Shown here: positions 1 through 9,024 of the stretch, piece by piece
Numbering within the stretch: position 1 is the stretch's first letter
How the letters are laid out: each line of letters begins with the position of its first letter
NCBI GenBank assembly: GCA_019245115.1
Contig: JAFARZ010000211.1
Coordinates: 36,688-100,687, forward strand
Direction: 5' to 3'
DNA length: 64,000 nt
From: Streptosporangiaceae bacterium
GTDB taxonomy: Bacteria > Actinomycetota > Actinomycetes > Streptosporangiales > Streptosporangiaceae
Translations under genes and position numbers: made by a program
Notes under the pieces: model-generated
The model's database searches: none
The model's input: only the letters and a program-made list of their open reading frames with translations
What the model was told of the DNA's origin: nothing

Positions 1-650
1 CGACCAGCGGGCTGCTGGTCGCCGCGGTGCCGATCTTCGGCGCGATCATCGCCTTGCTCATCGGCAGCTCCGACCGGCTCAGCCTGGTCCGCTGGGCCGG
101 CCTCGCGATCGGCCTGATCGGGGTCGCCGTGCTGGCCGGGCCGGGCGCGGGCCGGGGCAGCGCGCTGCCGGTCCTTGAGGTGCTGGGTACCGCGCTCGGC
201 TACTCCATCGGGCCGGTGATCGCCAACCGCAAGCTCGCCGAACTGCCGACCGTCGCGGTCAACAGTTTCTGCCTCGGCCTCGCGGCCGTGATATACCTCC
301 CGTTCGCGGCGCTGACCTGGCCTCAGCACGTGCCGTCCGCGAGGGTGCTGCTCGCGCTGGCCGGGCTGGGCGCGATCTGCACGGCCGCCGCGTTCCTCAT
401 CTTCTTCCGGCTGATCGCCGAGGTGGGTCCGGCCCGGGCCACCGTCATCACCTACATCAACCCGGCCGTGGCGGTCGCTCTCGGCGTGCTCGTCCTCGGC
501 GAGCGGCTGACCCCGGCGATCGGCGTGGCGTTCGTCCTCATACTCGGGGGATCCGTGCTCGCGACCCGGCCCAGCTCCGACCCACTGGAAGCAGGCAAAG
601 ACATGGCCACGGCGACCCCGGTGGTGGACGACCTCAGTAGGAACGGTTAA
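1..650 (+). CDS. EamA/DMT-family transporter, 5' end cut by window edge
   Basis: ORF 27..650 stays open back to position 3 (TSGLLVAAVPIFG...). Polytopic Gly/Ala/Leu-rich EamA-like sequence. Confidence 0.8.
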   Translation, partial: TSGLLVAAVPIFGAIIALLIGSSDRLSLVRWAGLAIGLIGVAVLAGPGAGRGSALPVLEVLGTALGYSIGPVIANRKLAELPTVAVNSFCLGLAAVIYLPFAALTWPQHVPSARVLLALAGLGAICTAAAFLIFFRLIAEVGPARATVITYINPAVAVALGVLVLGERLTPAIGVAFVLILGGSVLATRPSSDPLEAGKDMATATPVVDDLSRNG

Positions 651-2141
651 ATGCCTGAGCTTCGGCTGGGCACCAGCACCGGGCGCTGGGTCGTGGCCGC
701 GACCGTTCTCGGGTCCGGTATGACGTCGCTCGACGCCACCGTGGTGGGCATCGCGTTGCCAGCGGTCGGGCGGGATTTTCACGCGAGCATCAGCAGCCTC
801 CAGTGGGTGGTGGACGCGTACACGCTGGCCCTGGCCGGTTTGCTGCTGCTCGGCGGCACGCTCGGCGACAGTTACGGGCGGCGGAAGATGTTCATGGCCG
901 GCATCGTCTGGTTCGCCGCCGCGTCGTTGTGCTGCGGGCTGGCCCCGAACGCGCCGTTCCTCATCGCGGCCCGTGCGTTGCAGGGCGTCGGCGGAGCGCT
1001 GCTCATGCCGGGCAGCCTGGCCATTTTGCAGGCGTCGTTCGCGCCCGACGACCGGTCGAAGGCGATCGGCGCGTGGTCCGGGCTGGGCGGGCTCGCCACC
1101 GCGGGCGGGCCGTTTCTCGGTGGATGGCTGATCAGCGCGGTGTCGTGGCGGCTGGTGTTCTTCATCAACCTGCCGCTGGCGGCGGTGGTGCTGGCCATCT
1201 CGGCCAGGCACGTGCCCGAGTCGAAGGCGCCGGGGCCGGTGCCGAAACTGGATGTGCGCGGCGCGCTGGCGATCAGCGGCGCGCTGGCCGGGATCACCTA
1301 CGGGCTCATCGGCGCCTCCGCTTCCGGCTGGACGTCGGCGCCGGTGCTGGGTCCGTTGCTTGGCGGCCTGGTCCTGCTCGGGCTGTTCATATGGGCGGAG
1401 GCCAAGGAGCCACAGCCGATGCTGCCGCTGAACGTGTTCCGGTCCGCGCAGTTCTCCGCGGCCAACGCGGTGACGTTCGTGGTCTACGCGGCGTTGAGCG
1501 GCGCGTTGTTCCTGGTGCCTGTGGTGCTTCAGGAGGTACGCGGTTACAGTCCGCTGGAATCAGGCATCGCGCTGCTGCCGGTCACCGTGATCATGCTGGC
1601 GCTGTCGTCCCGCTCGGGTGCGCTGGCGGCACGGATCGGGCCGCGGCTGCAGATGTCGGTCGGCCCGCTGGTCATCGCGGCCGGGCTGTTGCTGTTCACC
1701 ATGATCGGCAACAGCGGCAATTACGCGACCACCGTGCTTCCCGCGGTGCTGGTGTTCGGGTTCGGGCTGGCGATCAACGTGGCGCCGCTGACCGCCACCG
1801 CGCTGGCGGCCGCGCCGGCCGAACACGCGGGAATCGCCTCGGCGGTGAACAACGACGTGGCGCGGGCGGCCGGGCTGATCGCGGTGGCCGTCCTGCCGGT
1901 CGCGGCCGGTATCACCGGCGACAGCTACCTCCATCCGGCGATGCTCGCGCACGGTTTCCGGGTCGCGGCGGTGATATCGGCGGTGTTCTGCGCGGCCGGC
2001 GGCGTGCTGGCCGCGCTGACCATCAAGAACCCGGCCCCCGAGGACTGCGAGGCCGCCACGCCCAGCGGGCTGCACTGCGGGCTCGACGCGCCGCCCCTGC
2101 ACGTTCCGCTCCGGCAGCGGCTCAGGCGAGCGGTGAGCTAA
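651..2141 (+). CDS. MFS transporter, DHA2 (EmrB/QacA-like, 14-TMS) efflux type
   Basis: 496 aa. N-terminus RWVVAATVLGSGMTSLDATVVGIALP and the motif GTLGDSYGRRKMF are typical of DHA2. ATG follows directly after the upstream TAA. Confidence 0.9.
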   Translation: MPELRLGTSTGRWVVAATVLGSGMTSLDATVVGIALPAVGRDFHASISSLQWVVDAYTLALAGLLLLGGTLGDSYGRRKMFMAGIVWFAAASLCCGLAPNAPFLIAARALQGVGGALLMPGSLAILQASFAPDDRSKAIGAWSGLGGLATAGGPFLGGWLISAVSWRLVFFINLPLAAVVLAISARHVPESKAPGPVPKLDVRGALAISGALAGITYGLIGASASGWTSAPVLGPLLGGLVLLGLFIWAEAKEPQPMLPLNVFRSAQFSAANAVTFVVYAALSGALFLVPVVLQEVRGYSPLESGIALLPVTVIMLALSSRSGALAARIGPRLQMSVGPLVIAAGLLLFTMIGNSGNYATTVLPAVLVFGFGLAINVAPLTATALAAAPAEHAGIASAVNNDVARAAGLIAVAVLPVAAGITGDSYLHPAMLAHGFRVAAVISAVFCAAGGVLAALTIKNPAPEDCEAATPSGLHCGLDAPPLHVPLRQRLRRAVS

Positions 2142-2599
2142 ACCGAGCGCTCCTCGAGCGCCTCGATGATCTTCGCGCAGACCTGCCCCAGGGCCGCCAC
2201 ATCTTCTTCGGTCAGCCGGTCGAACACCAGGTTCCGCACGGCCGCCACGTGGGCGGGCGCGGCCGACTCGATCGCGCGCCGTCCGGCCGGGGTCAGCAGG
2301 ACGAACGCGCCGCGCCCGTCGTTCGGGCAGTCCTCGCGGGCGACGAGTCCGCGCCGCTCCATCCGGCTGAGCTGGTGGGAGAGCCGGCTCTGTTCCCATT
2401 GCATGGCCTGACCGAGCTGGAACGGGCGCAACCGGCCGTCGGGTGCTTCGCTCAGGTTGACCAGCACTTCGTATTCGGGTCCGGACAGGCCGGAGCTTGC
2501 TTGCAGGTCCCGGCCGAGCAGAGCGGGCAGCAGCCGTTCCACCTGAAGGTAGCTGCGCCACACCCGCTGTTCCTCGGGGTTCAGCCACCGAACCGTCAT
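2138..2599 (-). CDS. MarR-family transcriptional regulator
   Basis: 153 aa with a winged-HTH core (LSGPEYEVLVNLSEAPDGRLRPFQLGQAMQWEQSRLSHQLSRMERRGLV). Divergent from yceI. Confidence 0.9.
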   Translation of the reverse strand: MTVRWLNPEEQRVWRSYLQVERLLPALLGRDLQASSGLSGPEYEVLVNLSEAPDGRLRPFQLGQAMQWEQSRLSHQLSRMERRGLVAREDCPNDGRGAFVLLTPAGRRAIESAAPAHVAAVRNLVFDRLTEEDVAALGQVCAKIIEALEERSV

Positions 2600-2624
2600 G
2601 ATTCAAGGGTATCCCGGGGAATGA

Positions 2625-2674
2625 ATGACGCGTCATGTATGTTGGCAGCCCTGAGAGCGTACATGACACGTCAT
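2625..2674. promoter_or_regulatory. Two ATGAC-N2-GTCAT palindromes, candidate MarR operators
   Basis: ATGACGCGTCAT at 2625-2636 and ATGACACGTCAT at 2663-2674, in the 94-bp marR/yceI divergent spacer. Confidence 0.4.
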
Positions 2675-2693
2675 CTACCAGGAGGCAGACGTT

Positions 2694-3260
2694 ATGAGCA
2701 CGACCACCGAGAACAGCACCCTGAGCGCCCTGTCCGGCACATACACGCTCGACCCGGCGCACAGCCGCATCGGGTTCGTGGCCCGGCACGCGATGGTCAC
2801 CAAGGTGCGCGGCGCGTTCAACGACTTCACCGGCGCGGCCGTGCTGGACGGCGACAACCCGGCGAGCTCAACGGCCACCGTGACGATCCAGGCCAAGAGC
2901 ATCGACACCCGCAACGCCCAGCGTGACGAGCACCTCCGCGGCAATGACTTCCTGGCCATGGACGAGTACCCGGAGATCACCTTCGTCTCCACCGCCGCCC
3001 GCCAGACCGGCAGCGACGAGTTCGAGCTCACCGGCGACCTGACCATCCGCGGCGTCACCCGGCCGGTCACGATCCCGTTCACCTTCGAGGGCGCGGCGAC
3101 CGACCCGTTCGGTAACTTCAGGGTCGGCTTCGAAGGCTCGGTCACCATCAACCGCAAGGACTACGGCGTGACCTGGAACGCGGCGCTCGAGGGCGGCGGC
3201 GTGCTGGTCAGCGACAAGGTGACCCTGGAGTTCGAGATCAGCGCCGTCCGGAACGCCTGA
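2694..3260 (+). CDS. YceI-family (polyisoprenoid-binding-like) protein
   Basis: 188 aa. YTLDPAHSRIGFVARH...VRGAFNDF...TRNAQRDEHLRGNDFL...EITF matches the YceI signature. GGAGG lies 8 nt upstream. Confidence 0.9.
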   Translation: MSTTTENSTLSALSGTYTLDPAHSRIGFVARHAMVTKVRGAFNDFTGAAVLDGDNPASSTATVTIQAKSIDTRNAQRDEHLRGNDFLAMDEYPEITFVSTAARQTGSDEFELTGDLTIRGVTRPVTIPFTFEGAATDPFGNFRVGFEGSVTINRKDYGVTWNAALEGGGVLVSDKVTLEFEISAVRNA

Positions 3261-3725
3261 TCACTCGGCGGGTTCGGGTCCGGGGGCGGCCTGAGCGGCT
3301 CGGGTGGCGAACGACAGGTGCCAGTCATCGTCGGTCTGGCCGTCGAGCTCGAGTATCCAGGTGTAGCGGTGACCGGGCGGCAGGTTGAGCACGCTGCCGA
3401 ACGTCATCGGCACGCCGATCTCGCTGCCGGGAGTTATGCCGGGCGGCCGGCCCGCCTCGAACTGCCCGTTGACCTGGACCGGCTGCGGCCCCTGCGGTCC
3501 GGGCTGGACCACCGCGTGACCATCCTCGTCAACCAGTCGCAGCAGGAAGCTCACCTTCTCGTTGGTGTGCTGCCATGGCACGTGGAACAGCACCGCCACC
3601 GCGCACGGAGTCGGCCCCGGGCCGCATGAGGACCATCCACCGCCCGAGATGAAAAGCTTGCCATCCGCGACCTGAGCATGATCGGCAAGCATCATCGTGA
3701 CCCTCATGCTTGAAAGCCTAGTCAC
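3261..3725 (-). CDS. Hypothetical protein (conserved-looking, no family recognised with confidence)
   Basis: 154-aa ORF with normal composition and high GC3. The true start may be an internal Met (MRVTMMLADHAQV). Confidence 0.6.
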   Translation of the reverse strand: MTRLSSMRVTMMLADHAQVADGKLFISGGGWSSCGPGPTPCAVAVLFHVPWQHTNEKVSFLLRLVDEDGHAVVQPGPQGPQPVQVNGQFEAGRPPGITPGSEIGVPMTFGSVLNLPPGHRYTWILELDGQTDDDWHLSFATRAAQAAPGPEPAE

Positions 3726-3729
3726 ACTG

Positions 3730-3766
3730 AACGGCTGTGGTGCCCCCTCTGGGCACCACAGCCGTT
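3730..3766 (-). terminator. Perfect 16-bp stem hairpin after the ABC-2 operon
   Basis: AACGGCTGTGGTGCCC-cctct-GGGCACCACAGCCGTT, 10 nt downstream of the permease stop at 3776. No U-tract on the minus-strand transcript. Confidence 0.5.
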
Positions 3767-3775
3767 TTCAACGGG

Positions 3776-4531
3776 TCAGGCGTCGCGCATGGCCAGCACC
3801 AGCCGGCCGAGCAGCAGCGCGCCGGCGGCCCAGGCGGCCAGCACGCCCAGCCCCGTCCACGGGCTGATGGGCTGGTTCGAGAGGTCGACGGTGTCCTGGA
3901 TGGCCAGCCCGGCCGTCATCGGCCCGATCTGCTCCAGGTGCCGCTGCCAGATCGGATCGCTGACGAAGTGCGCGACGATCGGGAACACGAACAACAGGCT
4001 GAGCACGATACCGATGGCCACCGCGGAGTCGCGCACCATGGTGGCCACGCCCAGGCTGAGCAGCCCGATGAGGCCCAGGTAGAGGATCGACCCTACCGTC
4101 ACGCGCAGCATCGGGCCGGCCGCCGGGAAGACCAGCCCGTTGCCGGGCAGGATCATCCGCCCCATCAGCACCGAAGGCAGCACCGCGATCACCCCCGCCA
4201 CCAGCACCATCCCGGTGACGACGGCCGCCTTGGCGGTCAGGACCATCCCCCTCCGCGGCATCGCGGCGAGCGTGACCCGGATCATGCCCGTGCTGTACTC
4301 GTCGCTGATCGCCAGCACGGCCAGCACCCCGACCACCGCCTGGCCGAGGTAGATGCCGGTCAGGCTGATCTTGGCCGGGTCCGCGGCGCAGGTGGCCGCG
4401 GACCCGCATTTGGTCGACGCCGTGACCAGCGCGCTCAGCATGACGGTCAGCGTGACCACGCCGCCCAGCAGCCACATGGTGGTAGGCACGGTCCGTGCCT
4501 TGGTCCACTCCGCGTGCAGCGTGGCGCCCAT
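3776..4531 (-). CDS. ABC-2 type transporter permease
   Basis: Start set at MGATLHAEWTKARTV (CAT at 4529-4531), matching the N-terminus of its paralog. About six TM segments. Confidence 0.8.
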   Translation of the reverse strand: MGATLHAEWTKARTVPTTMWLLGGVVTLTVMLSALVTASTKCGSAATCAADPAKISLTGIYLGQAVVGVLAVLAISDEYSTGMIRVTLAAMPRRGMVLTAKAAVVTGMVLVAGVIAVLPSVLMGRMILPGNGLVFPAAGPMLRVTVGSILYLGLIGLLSLGVATMVRDSAVAIGIVLSLLFVFPIVAHFVSDPIWQRHLEQIGPMTAGLAIQDTVDLSNQPISPWTGLGVLAAWAAGALLLGRLVLAMRDA

Positions 4532-4536
4532 GCTGG

Positions 4537-5997
4537 TCACGCGTCCCTGCGGCGCAGCAGGCGCGCGGCCAGCCACAGCGCGGCGGCGGTCCAGGCGCAC
4601 AGCACCGCGAACCCGGCCAGCGGCGCAAGGGGGAAGAACCCGTCGTGCGGGGCGTAATCACTGATCACCTGCGGATACCTGGGGATCGTCTGCTGGATGG
4701 CCAGCGCCGCCGACGGAGAGACTCGCAGCAGCCAGTCCGCGACGGTTGTCGGCAACGCCGGTGACGAGACGGCCAGGAACCACGGCACGATGACAACCAC
4801 GATGGCGGTTGTCACCGCGTCGGCGCCGCGCCGGAATACCGCTCCGAGGGCGACGCCCAGCACCGCTGTCGCGGCGAACACGGCGGCGGTGCCGGCTTCC
4901 ACCCGCAGCAAGGTCAGGCTGGTGACCGGCTCCAGGACGTTGCCGTGGGAGCGCAGCAGATGCGAGCCGAGCGGCTCCGCGATCGCGCAGCCGATGAACC
5001 CGGCCGCGAACGTGGCCGCTCCGGCCACGACCGCCTTGGCCGCGAGCACACGGCCGCGCCGCGGGCAGGCGGCCAGCGTGGTGCGGATCATGCCGCGCCG
5101 GTATTCGGCGGTTATGAACGACGTCCCCAGCACGATCGCCACGATCATCCCGGCGAACAGCCCGTCGAGGGTGTGCGAGATCGGCGTGGCGGTGCCGCCC
5201 GCTCCCTCGCCGGTATCCGGCGCGATGTCACCATGTCCGCTGACCGACAAACCAGCCCCGGTCTGCTGGTATGCCCCGGTCGGCAGTCCGTCCGGTCCCT
5301 CTCCGATACTGGTGCCGGCCCACGATCCGCGGGTGGCTCCGGCGACGATGATCTGATCGAAGGTCCCGGTGGCGTTCACGGTCTGGCCGACCGACACCGC
5401 GGCCGCTCCGCTTTGCGGCTGCGGTGTGGTGGCGAACAGCCCCACCTGCGCGGTCGAGCGCAATCCGCCGAGCGTGACGGCGCCGACCTTGGTCCATCGC
5501 GCGCCATCGGCGGAGTCGTAGCCGGTAATCGTGTCGCCGGAGCGGACCAGCCGCAGCCAATGCGCCCCTGGCATACCCGCCGTGTCCTGGGTGAAGTTCC
5601 ACTGCATCCGCACGCCGCGGGCGCCGGTGACCATCATCGCGGCATATGCCGACCCCGGTACGGTATTTGCCTTGATGATGATCCCGGCTTTCGCCCACGG
5701 CTGCAGGTTGGAGCTGGTCAGCGCCGTGATCCGGGCGGTGATGCTGCCATTACCAGCCAGCGCCTGGTGCACGAAGTAGAACTTGTCCTGCACCAGTTCG
5801 CCCCCGGGGCCAGTCGGCGCCGAGCAGCCGCCAGACAGCATCTGCCCGTTAGGGCCGGGAAACTGGTAACCGCACTCGCTGCCCGACGAGATCAGCGCGC
5901 TCAGCCCCACGGTCATGATCGGCACGAACAACATGGCGATGACCCAGCCGCGGACGGTGCGGAGCTTGGTCCACTCCGCGTGCAGCAAGGCCGTCAT
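4537..5997 (-). CDS. ABC-2 type permease with a large extracytoplasmic lectin/LamG-like insertion
   Basis: Start MTALLHAEWTKLRTV overlaps the ATPase stop (ATGA at 5994-5997). About 200 soluble residues follow TM1 (WAKAGIIIKANTVPGSAY...HWLRLVRSGDTITGYDSADGARWTKVGAV...VGLFATTP). Confidence 0.8.
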   Translation of the reverse strand: MTALLHAEWTKLRTVRGWVIAMLFVPIMTVGLSALISSGSECGYQFPGPNGQMLSGGCSAPTGPGGELVQDKFYFVHQALAGNGSITARITALTSSNLQPWAKAGIIIKANTVPGSAYAAMMVTGARGVRMQWNFTQDTAGMPGAHWLRLVRSGDTITGYDSADGARWTKVGAVTLGGLRSTAQVGLFATTPQPQSGAAAVSVGQTVNATGTFDQIIVAGATRGSWAGTSIGEGPDGLPTGAYQQTGAGLSVSGHGDIAPDTGEGAGGTATPISHTLDGLFAGMIVAIVLGTSFITAEYRRGMIRTTLAACPRRGRVLAAKAVVAGAATFAAGFIGCAIAEPLGSHLLRSHGNVLEPVTSLTLLRVEAGTAAVFAATAVLGVALGAVFRRGADAVTTAIVVVIVPWFLAVSSPALPTTVADWLLRVSPSAALAIQQTIPRYPQVISDYAPHDGFFPLAPLAGFAVLCAWTAAALWLAARLLRRRDA

Positions 5998-6923
5998 GGT
6001 GCCGCCTTGAATTCGACCGCGTCCCTGGTCAGCTCCATGTAGGCCTCCTCGAGTGAGGCGCGGTGGGCCGATATCTCGCTGAACGGGACAGCGTTCCCGG
6101 ATAGGAGCGCCACCGTCCGTTCGGTCGAAATGCCAGAAATGGTGAGCACGTCGGAACCAGTGGCGGCGACAGTAGCCCCGGCATGGGCCAGCACGGCCGT
6201 CGCCTCGTTCCGCGCGGCGGTGCGCAGCGTGATCCGGTCGGCCGAGGCGGCTGAGATCAGGTCCGCGACGGTAGTGTCGGCGAGGACCCTGCCCTGGCCC
6301 ACTACGATCAGGTGGTCGGCGCCATCTTCGGTAGATAGAGCTTCGAGTTCGCTCATCAGGTGGCTGGATACCAGGATGGCGCGGCCCTGATCGGCGAGCG
6401 AGCGCAGGAAGCGGCGCATCCAGACGATGCCTTCGGGATCCAGGCCGTTGAACGGTTCGTCCAGCAGGAGCACTGGCGGGTCGCCGAGCATCGCGGCGGC
6501 CAGGCCCAGCCGCTGCCGCATACCCAGGGAGTATCCGCCGGCCTTGCGCCGGATCGCGGCTCGCAGGCCGGCCGCCTCGATGACCTCGTCGACCCGCTTC
6601 GCGGTCAGGCCCTGCGAGTAAGCCAGCCACAGCAGGTGGTTGCGGGCGGAGCGGCTCGGCTGCAGCGCCCCCGCGTCGAGCAGCGATCCGACGTGGCTCA
6701 GCGGCTGCTTCAAGGTCCAGTAGGGGCGGCCGCCGATCAGCGCGGTGCCTTTGTCGGCCGCGTCCAGGCCGAGGATCACCCGCATCGTGGTGGACTTCCC
6801 GGCTCCGTTGGGACCGACGAAGCCGGTGACCTGGCCCGGCTCGACGGTGAACGTCATGCCGTCCAGGGCAAGCGTCGATCCGAACCGCTTGGACAGCCCG
6901 GCGACCTCAATGGTTGCTTCCAT
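5994..6923 (-). CDS. ABC transporter ATP-binding protein
   Basis: Start MEATIEVAGLSKRFG. Walker A GPNGAGKST, signature YSLGMRQRL, Walker B LLLDEP. The longer ORF to 7229 is an Arg/Ser/Pro-rich extension. Confidence 0.9.
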   Translation of the reverse strand: MEATIEVAGLSKRFGSTLALDGMTFTVEPGQVTGFVGPNGAGKSTTMRVILGLDAADKGTALIGGRPYWTLKQPLSHVGSLLDAGALQPSRSARNHLLWLAYSQGLTAKRVDEVIEAAGLRAAIRRKAGGYSLGMRQRLGLAAAMLGDPPVLLLDEPFNGLDPEGIVWMRRFLRSLADQGRAILVSSHLMSELEALSTEDGADHLIVVGQGRVLADTTVADLISAASADRITLRTAARNEATAVLAHAGATVAATGSDVLTISGISTERTVALLSGNAVPFSEISAHRASLEEAYMELTRDAVEFKAAP

Positions 6924-7264
6924 GGTTCGCAACAGTAGGGATCCGGGACCGGGGCGGTCGTCCCGCTGCCGAGCCGTCTTAGCGCCGGTGCTTGTCCCCC
7001 GCGCGAGGGACGGCGGAATTCCTCGCCAGGGCGACGCTAGTCTGTCTGCCTGCGGCGACAATGGGTAGGTGGACCTGGACCTGGACCGACGGCCGGCTCG
7101 ATGGGCGGCGCCCGCGCTGAGCGTGGCGGCGCTGGTCGAGCTGGCCGGGCGGCTGGACATCGGAGAGCATGTCCGGGCCGGGTCGCCGCTGCCGGGGACG
7201 TCGAGCATCCGCCTGATGGGCCCGGGCACCCTGATGACCCCCCCAGGGAGTCCTGGCGCTCGCG

Positions 7265-8299
7265 GTGCTGTGCCTGCTCACCACCGTGCCGCTCTGGTTC
7301 TCGCGGTCGGCCGTGGCGGCTGTGGTCACCTTTGCCGCCGCGTTCGCGTCGCTCGGGTCCTTTAGCCTGCTCACCGGAGCGGGGCTGGTCGCGCTGCTGC
7401 TGGCGGCTTACCGTCTCGGCCGAGGGCCGGTGTGGTCGGTCGGCCTCGGCGGGGCACTGGTGCTGCCGTTCACCGGACTCGCGCTGGCTGGGGCCTTCGG
7501 CGGCGAGACGCGGGTCATAGTGATGCTGATGGCGTCGCTTGGGCCTGCCGCCGTCGTGGCTGGGGTCGCGTCGCACCGGGAAGCGACCGCGCGCGGGGCG
7601 GTGGAGCAAGCGGTGGCGGGTATCTCATTCGAGCACATGGCCCGCGGCGAACGCGCGCGGATCGCTCGTGAGCTGCACGATGTGGTCGCCCATCACATCT
7701 CGATGGTGTCCGTCCAGGCGGAGACGGCCCGGCTCACCACGCCGGGGATGCCCGAACTCGGCGAACGCCGGCTGCGGGAGATCGGCGACACCGCCCGGGC
7801 CAGCCTGACCGAGATGCGCCGCCTGCTCGGCGTGCTGCGCGAGGACGCGGCCGGCCAGCAACCTGCGCGTCAGCCCGCCGCGCGCCAGCCCCAGCCAGGG
7901 CTGCCGCAGCTCAACGACCTGATCGACGAAGCAAGGAAGGCGTCAGGCGCGGGGGTCCGGCTAATCGTCTCCGGGCAGGTGACCAGGCTGGACCCGGGAG
8001 TGGAACTGGCCGTGTACCGGATCGTGCAGGAGGCGCTGACCAACTCACGGCGGCACGCGCCAGGCGCCGCGGTCGACGTCGAGTTGCGGTACGGACCCGA
8101 CGCGCTGCTGCTGCGCGTCCGGGACAACGGGCCAGGCGGTGCGTCGGCCGGTAGCGGTCACGGGCTGATCGGCATGCGCGAGCGCGCCCAGGCGGTCGGC
8201 GGCGAGTTGCGCGCCGGACCCGCGGCGGGCGGCGGCTTCCTGGTGGAGGCCACCCTTCCCGCGGCCGGTCAGCCGGTTTCAGCCGGGACCGCCGCATGA
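7265..8299 (+). CDS. Sensor histidine kinase, HisKA_3 (NarX/DesK-like) class
   Basis: TM-rich N-terminus, H-box ARELHDVVAHHIS and HATPase region (RDNGPG...GHGLIGMRERA). GTG start is the first start codon after the in-frame stop at 7235. Confidence 0.85.
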   Translation: MLCLLTTVPLWFSRSAVAAVVTFAAAFASLGSFSLLTGAGLVALLLAAYRLGRGPVWSVGLGGALVLPFTGLALAGAFGGETRVIVMLMASLGPAAVVAGVASHREATARGAVEQAVAGISFEHMARGERARIARELHDVVAHHISMVSVQAETARLTTPGMPELGERRLREIGDTARASLTEMRRLLGVLREDAAGQQPARQPAARQPQPGLPQLNDLIDEARKASGAGVRLIVSGQVTRLDPGVELAVYRIVQEALTNSRRHAPGAAVDVELRYGPDALLLRVRDNGPGGASAGSGHGLIGMRERAQAVGGELRAGPAAGGGFLVEATLPAAGQPVSAGTAA

Positions 8300-9024
8300 T
8301 CAGCGTTGTCGTCGCCGACGATCATGAGGTGGTTCGCAGCGGTTTCGCGGCGCTGCTCGGCACCCAGCCGGACTTCGCCGTGGTGGGCACCGCCGCGGAC
8401 GGGATCGAGGCGGTACAGGTATGCGGGGTGGTCGAGCCGGATGTCGTGCTGATGGATGTCCGGATGCCGGGCATGGATGGGATCGAGGCCACGCGGCGGT
8501 TGTCCGGTTCGGGTTCGGGCTCGGGCTCGGGCGGCCATGGGCCGCGGGTGCTGATCCTGACGACGTTCGACCTGGACGAGTACGTCTTCGACGCGCTGCG
8601 GGCCGGTGCGAGCGGCTTCCTGCTCAAGGACGTCACCGCCGAGCGGCTCTTCGACGCCGTCCGCGTGGTCGCGGCGGGCGACGCGCTGCTCGCCCCGGCC
8701 GTCACGCGGCGTCTCATCGGCGAGTTCACCCGCCTGAAGCCCAGTCCGCCATCGGCGACGGACGCGGCGGCGCTGGCCTCGCTGACCCCGCGCGAGACCG
8801 AGGTGCTCAAGCTGGTCGCCGAAGGCTTGTCCAATCCCGAGATCGCCGCCCGGCTGGTGGTCACCGAGGAGACGGTGAAGACGCACGTCAGCCGCATACT
8901 GGGCAAGCTCGGGCTGCGCGACCGCACCCAGGCCGTGGTGATGGCCTACGAGTCGGGACTGGTGGTCCCTCGCTCGGCCAGCGACTCTACGCCGGCCAGG
9001 AACAGGTCGACACCCACCCGGTAA
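8296..9024 (+). CDS. NarL/LuxR-family response regulator
   Basis: ATGA overlap with the kinase stop. Receiver domain (VVVADDHEVVR...DVVLMDVRMPGMDG) and LuxR HTH (LTPRETEVLKLVAEGLSNPEIA). The 3' end overlaps the tetR 3' end by 79 nt. Confidence 0.9.
   Translation: MISVVVADDHEVVRSGFAALLGTQPDFAVVGTAADGIEAVQVCGVVEPDVVLMDVRMPGMDGIEATRRLSGSGSGSGSGGHGPRVLILTTFDLDEYVFDALRAGASGFLLKDVTAERLFDAVRVVAAGDALLAPAVTRRLIGEFTRLKPSPPSATDAAALASLTPRETEVLKLVAEGLSNPEIAARLVVTEETVKTHVSRILGKLGLRDRTQAVVMAYESGLVVPRSASDSTPARNRSTPTR

Noticed and set aside
803-2926. 707-aa ORF spanning the MFS, MarR and YceI region, plus the 409-aa ORF 1560..2789 on the other strand
   Set aside because: Arg/Gly/Ala/His-rich low-complexity translation. 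These ORFs run across three well-supported genes in other frames or strands. They are typical high-GC shadow ORFs.
6924-7264. ORFs 7069..7365, 7101..7520 and 6979..7374 in the ABC/TCS divergent spacer as possible small genes or an N-terminal kinase exon
   Set aside because: Their composition is Arg/Pro/Gly-rich with no RBS. The kinase frame is closed by a stop at 7235-7237, so no extension is possible.
8946-9024. 79-nt convergent overlap of the response regulator and tetR 3' ends. Similar overlaps at 17940..18039 and 32168..32212
   Set aside because: Most likely these are harmless C-terminal read-on in stop-poor GC-rich DNA. The conserved domains end before the overlaps.
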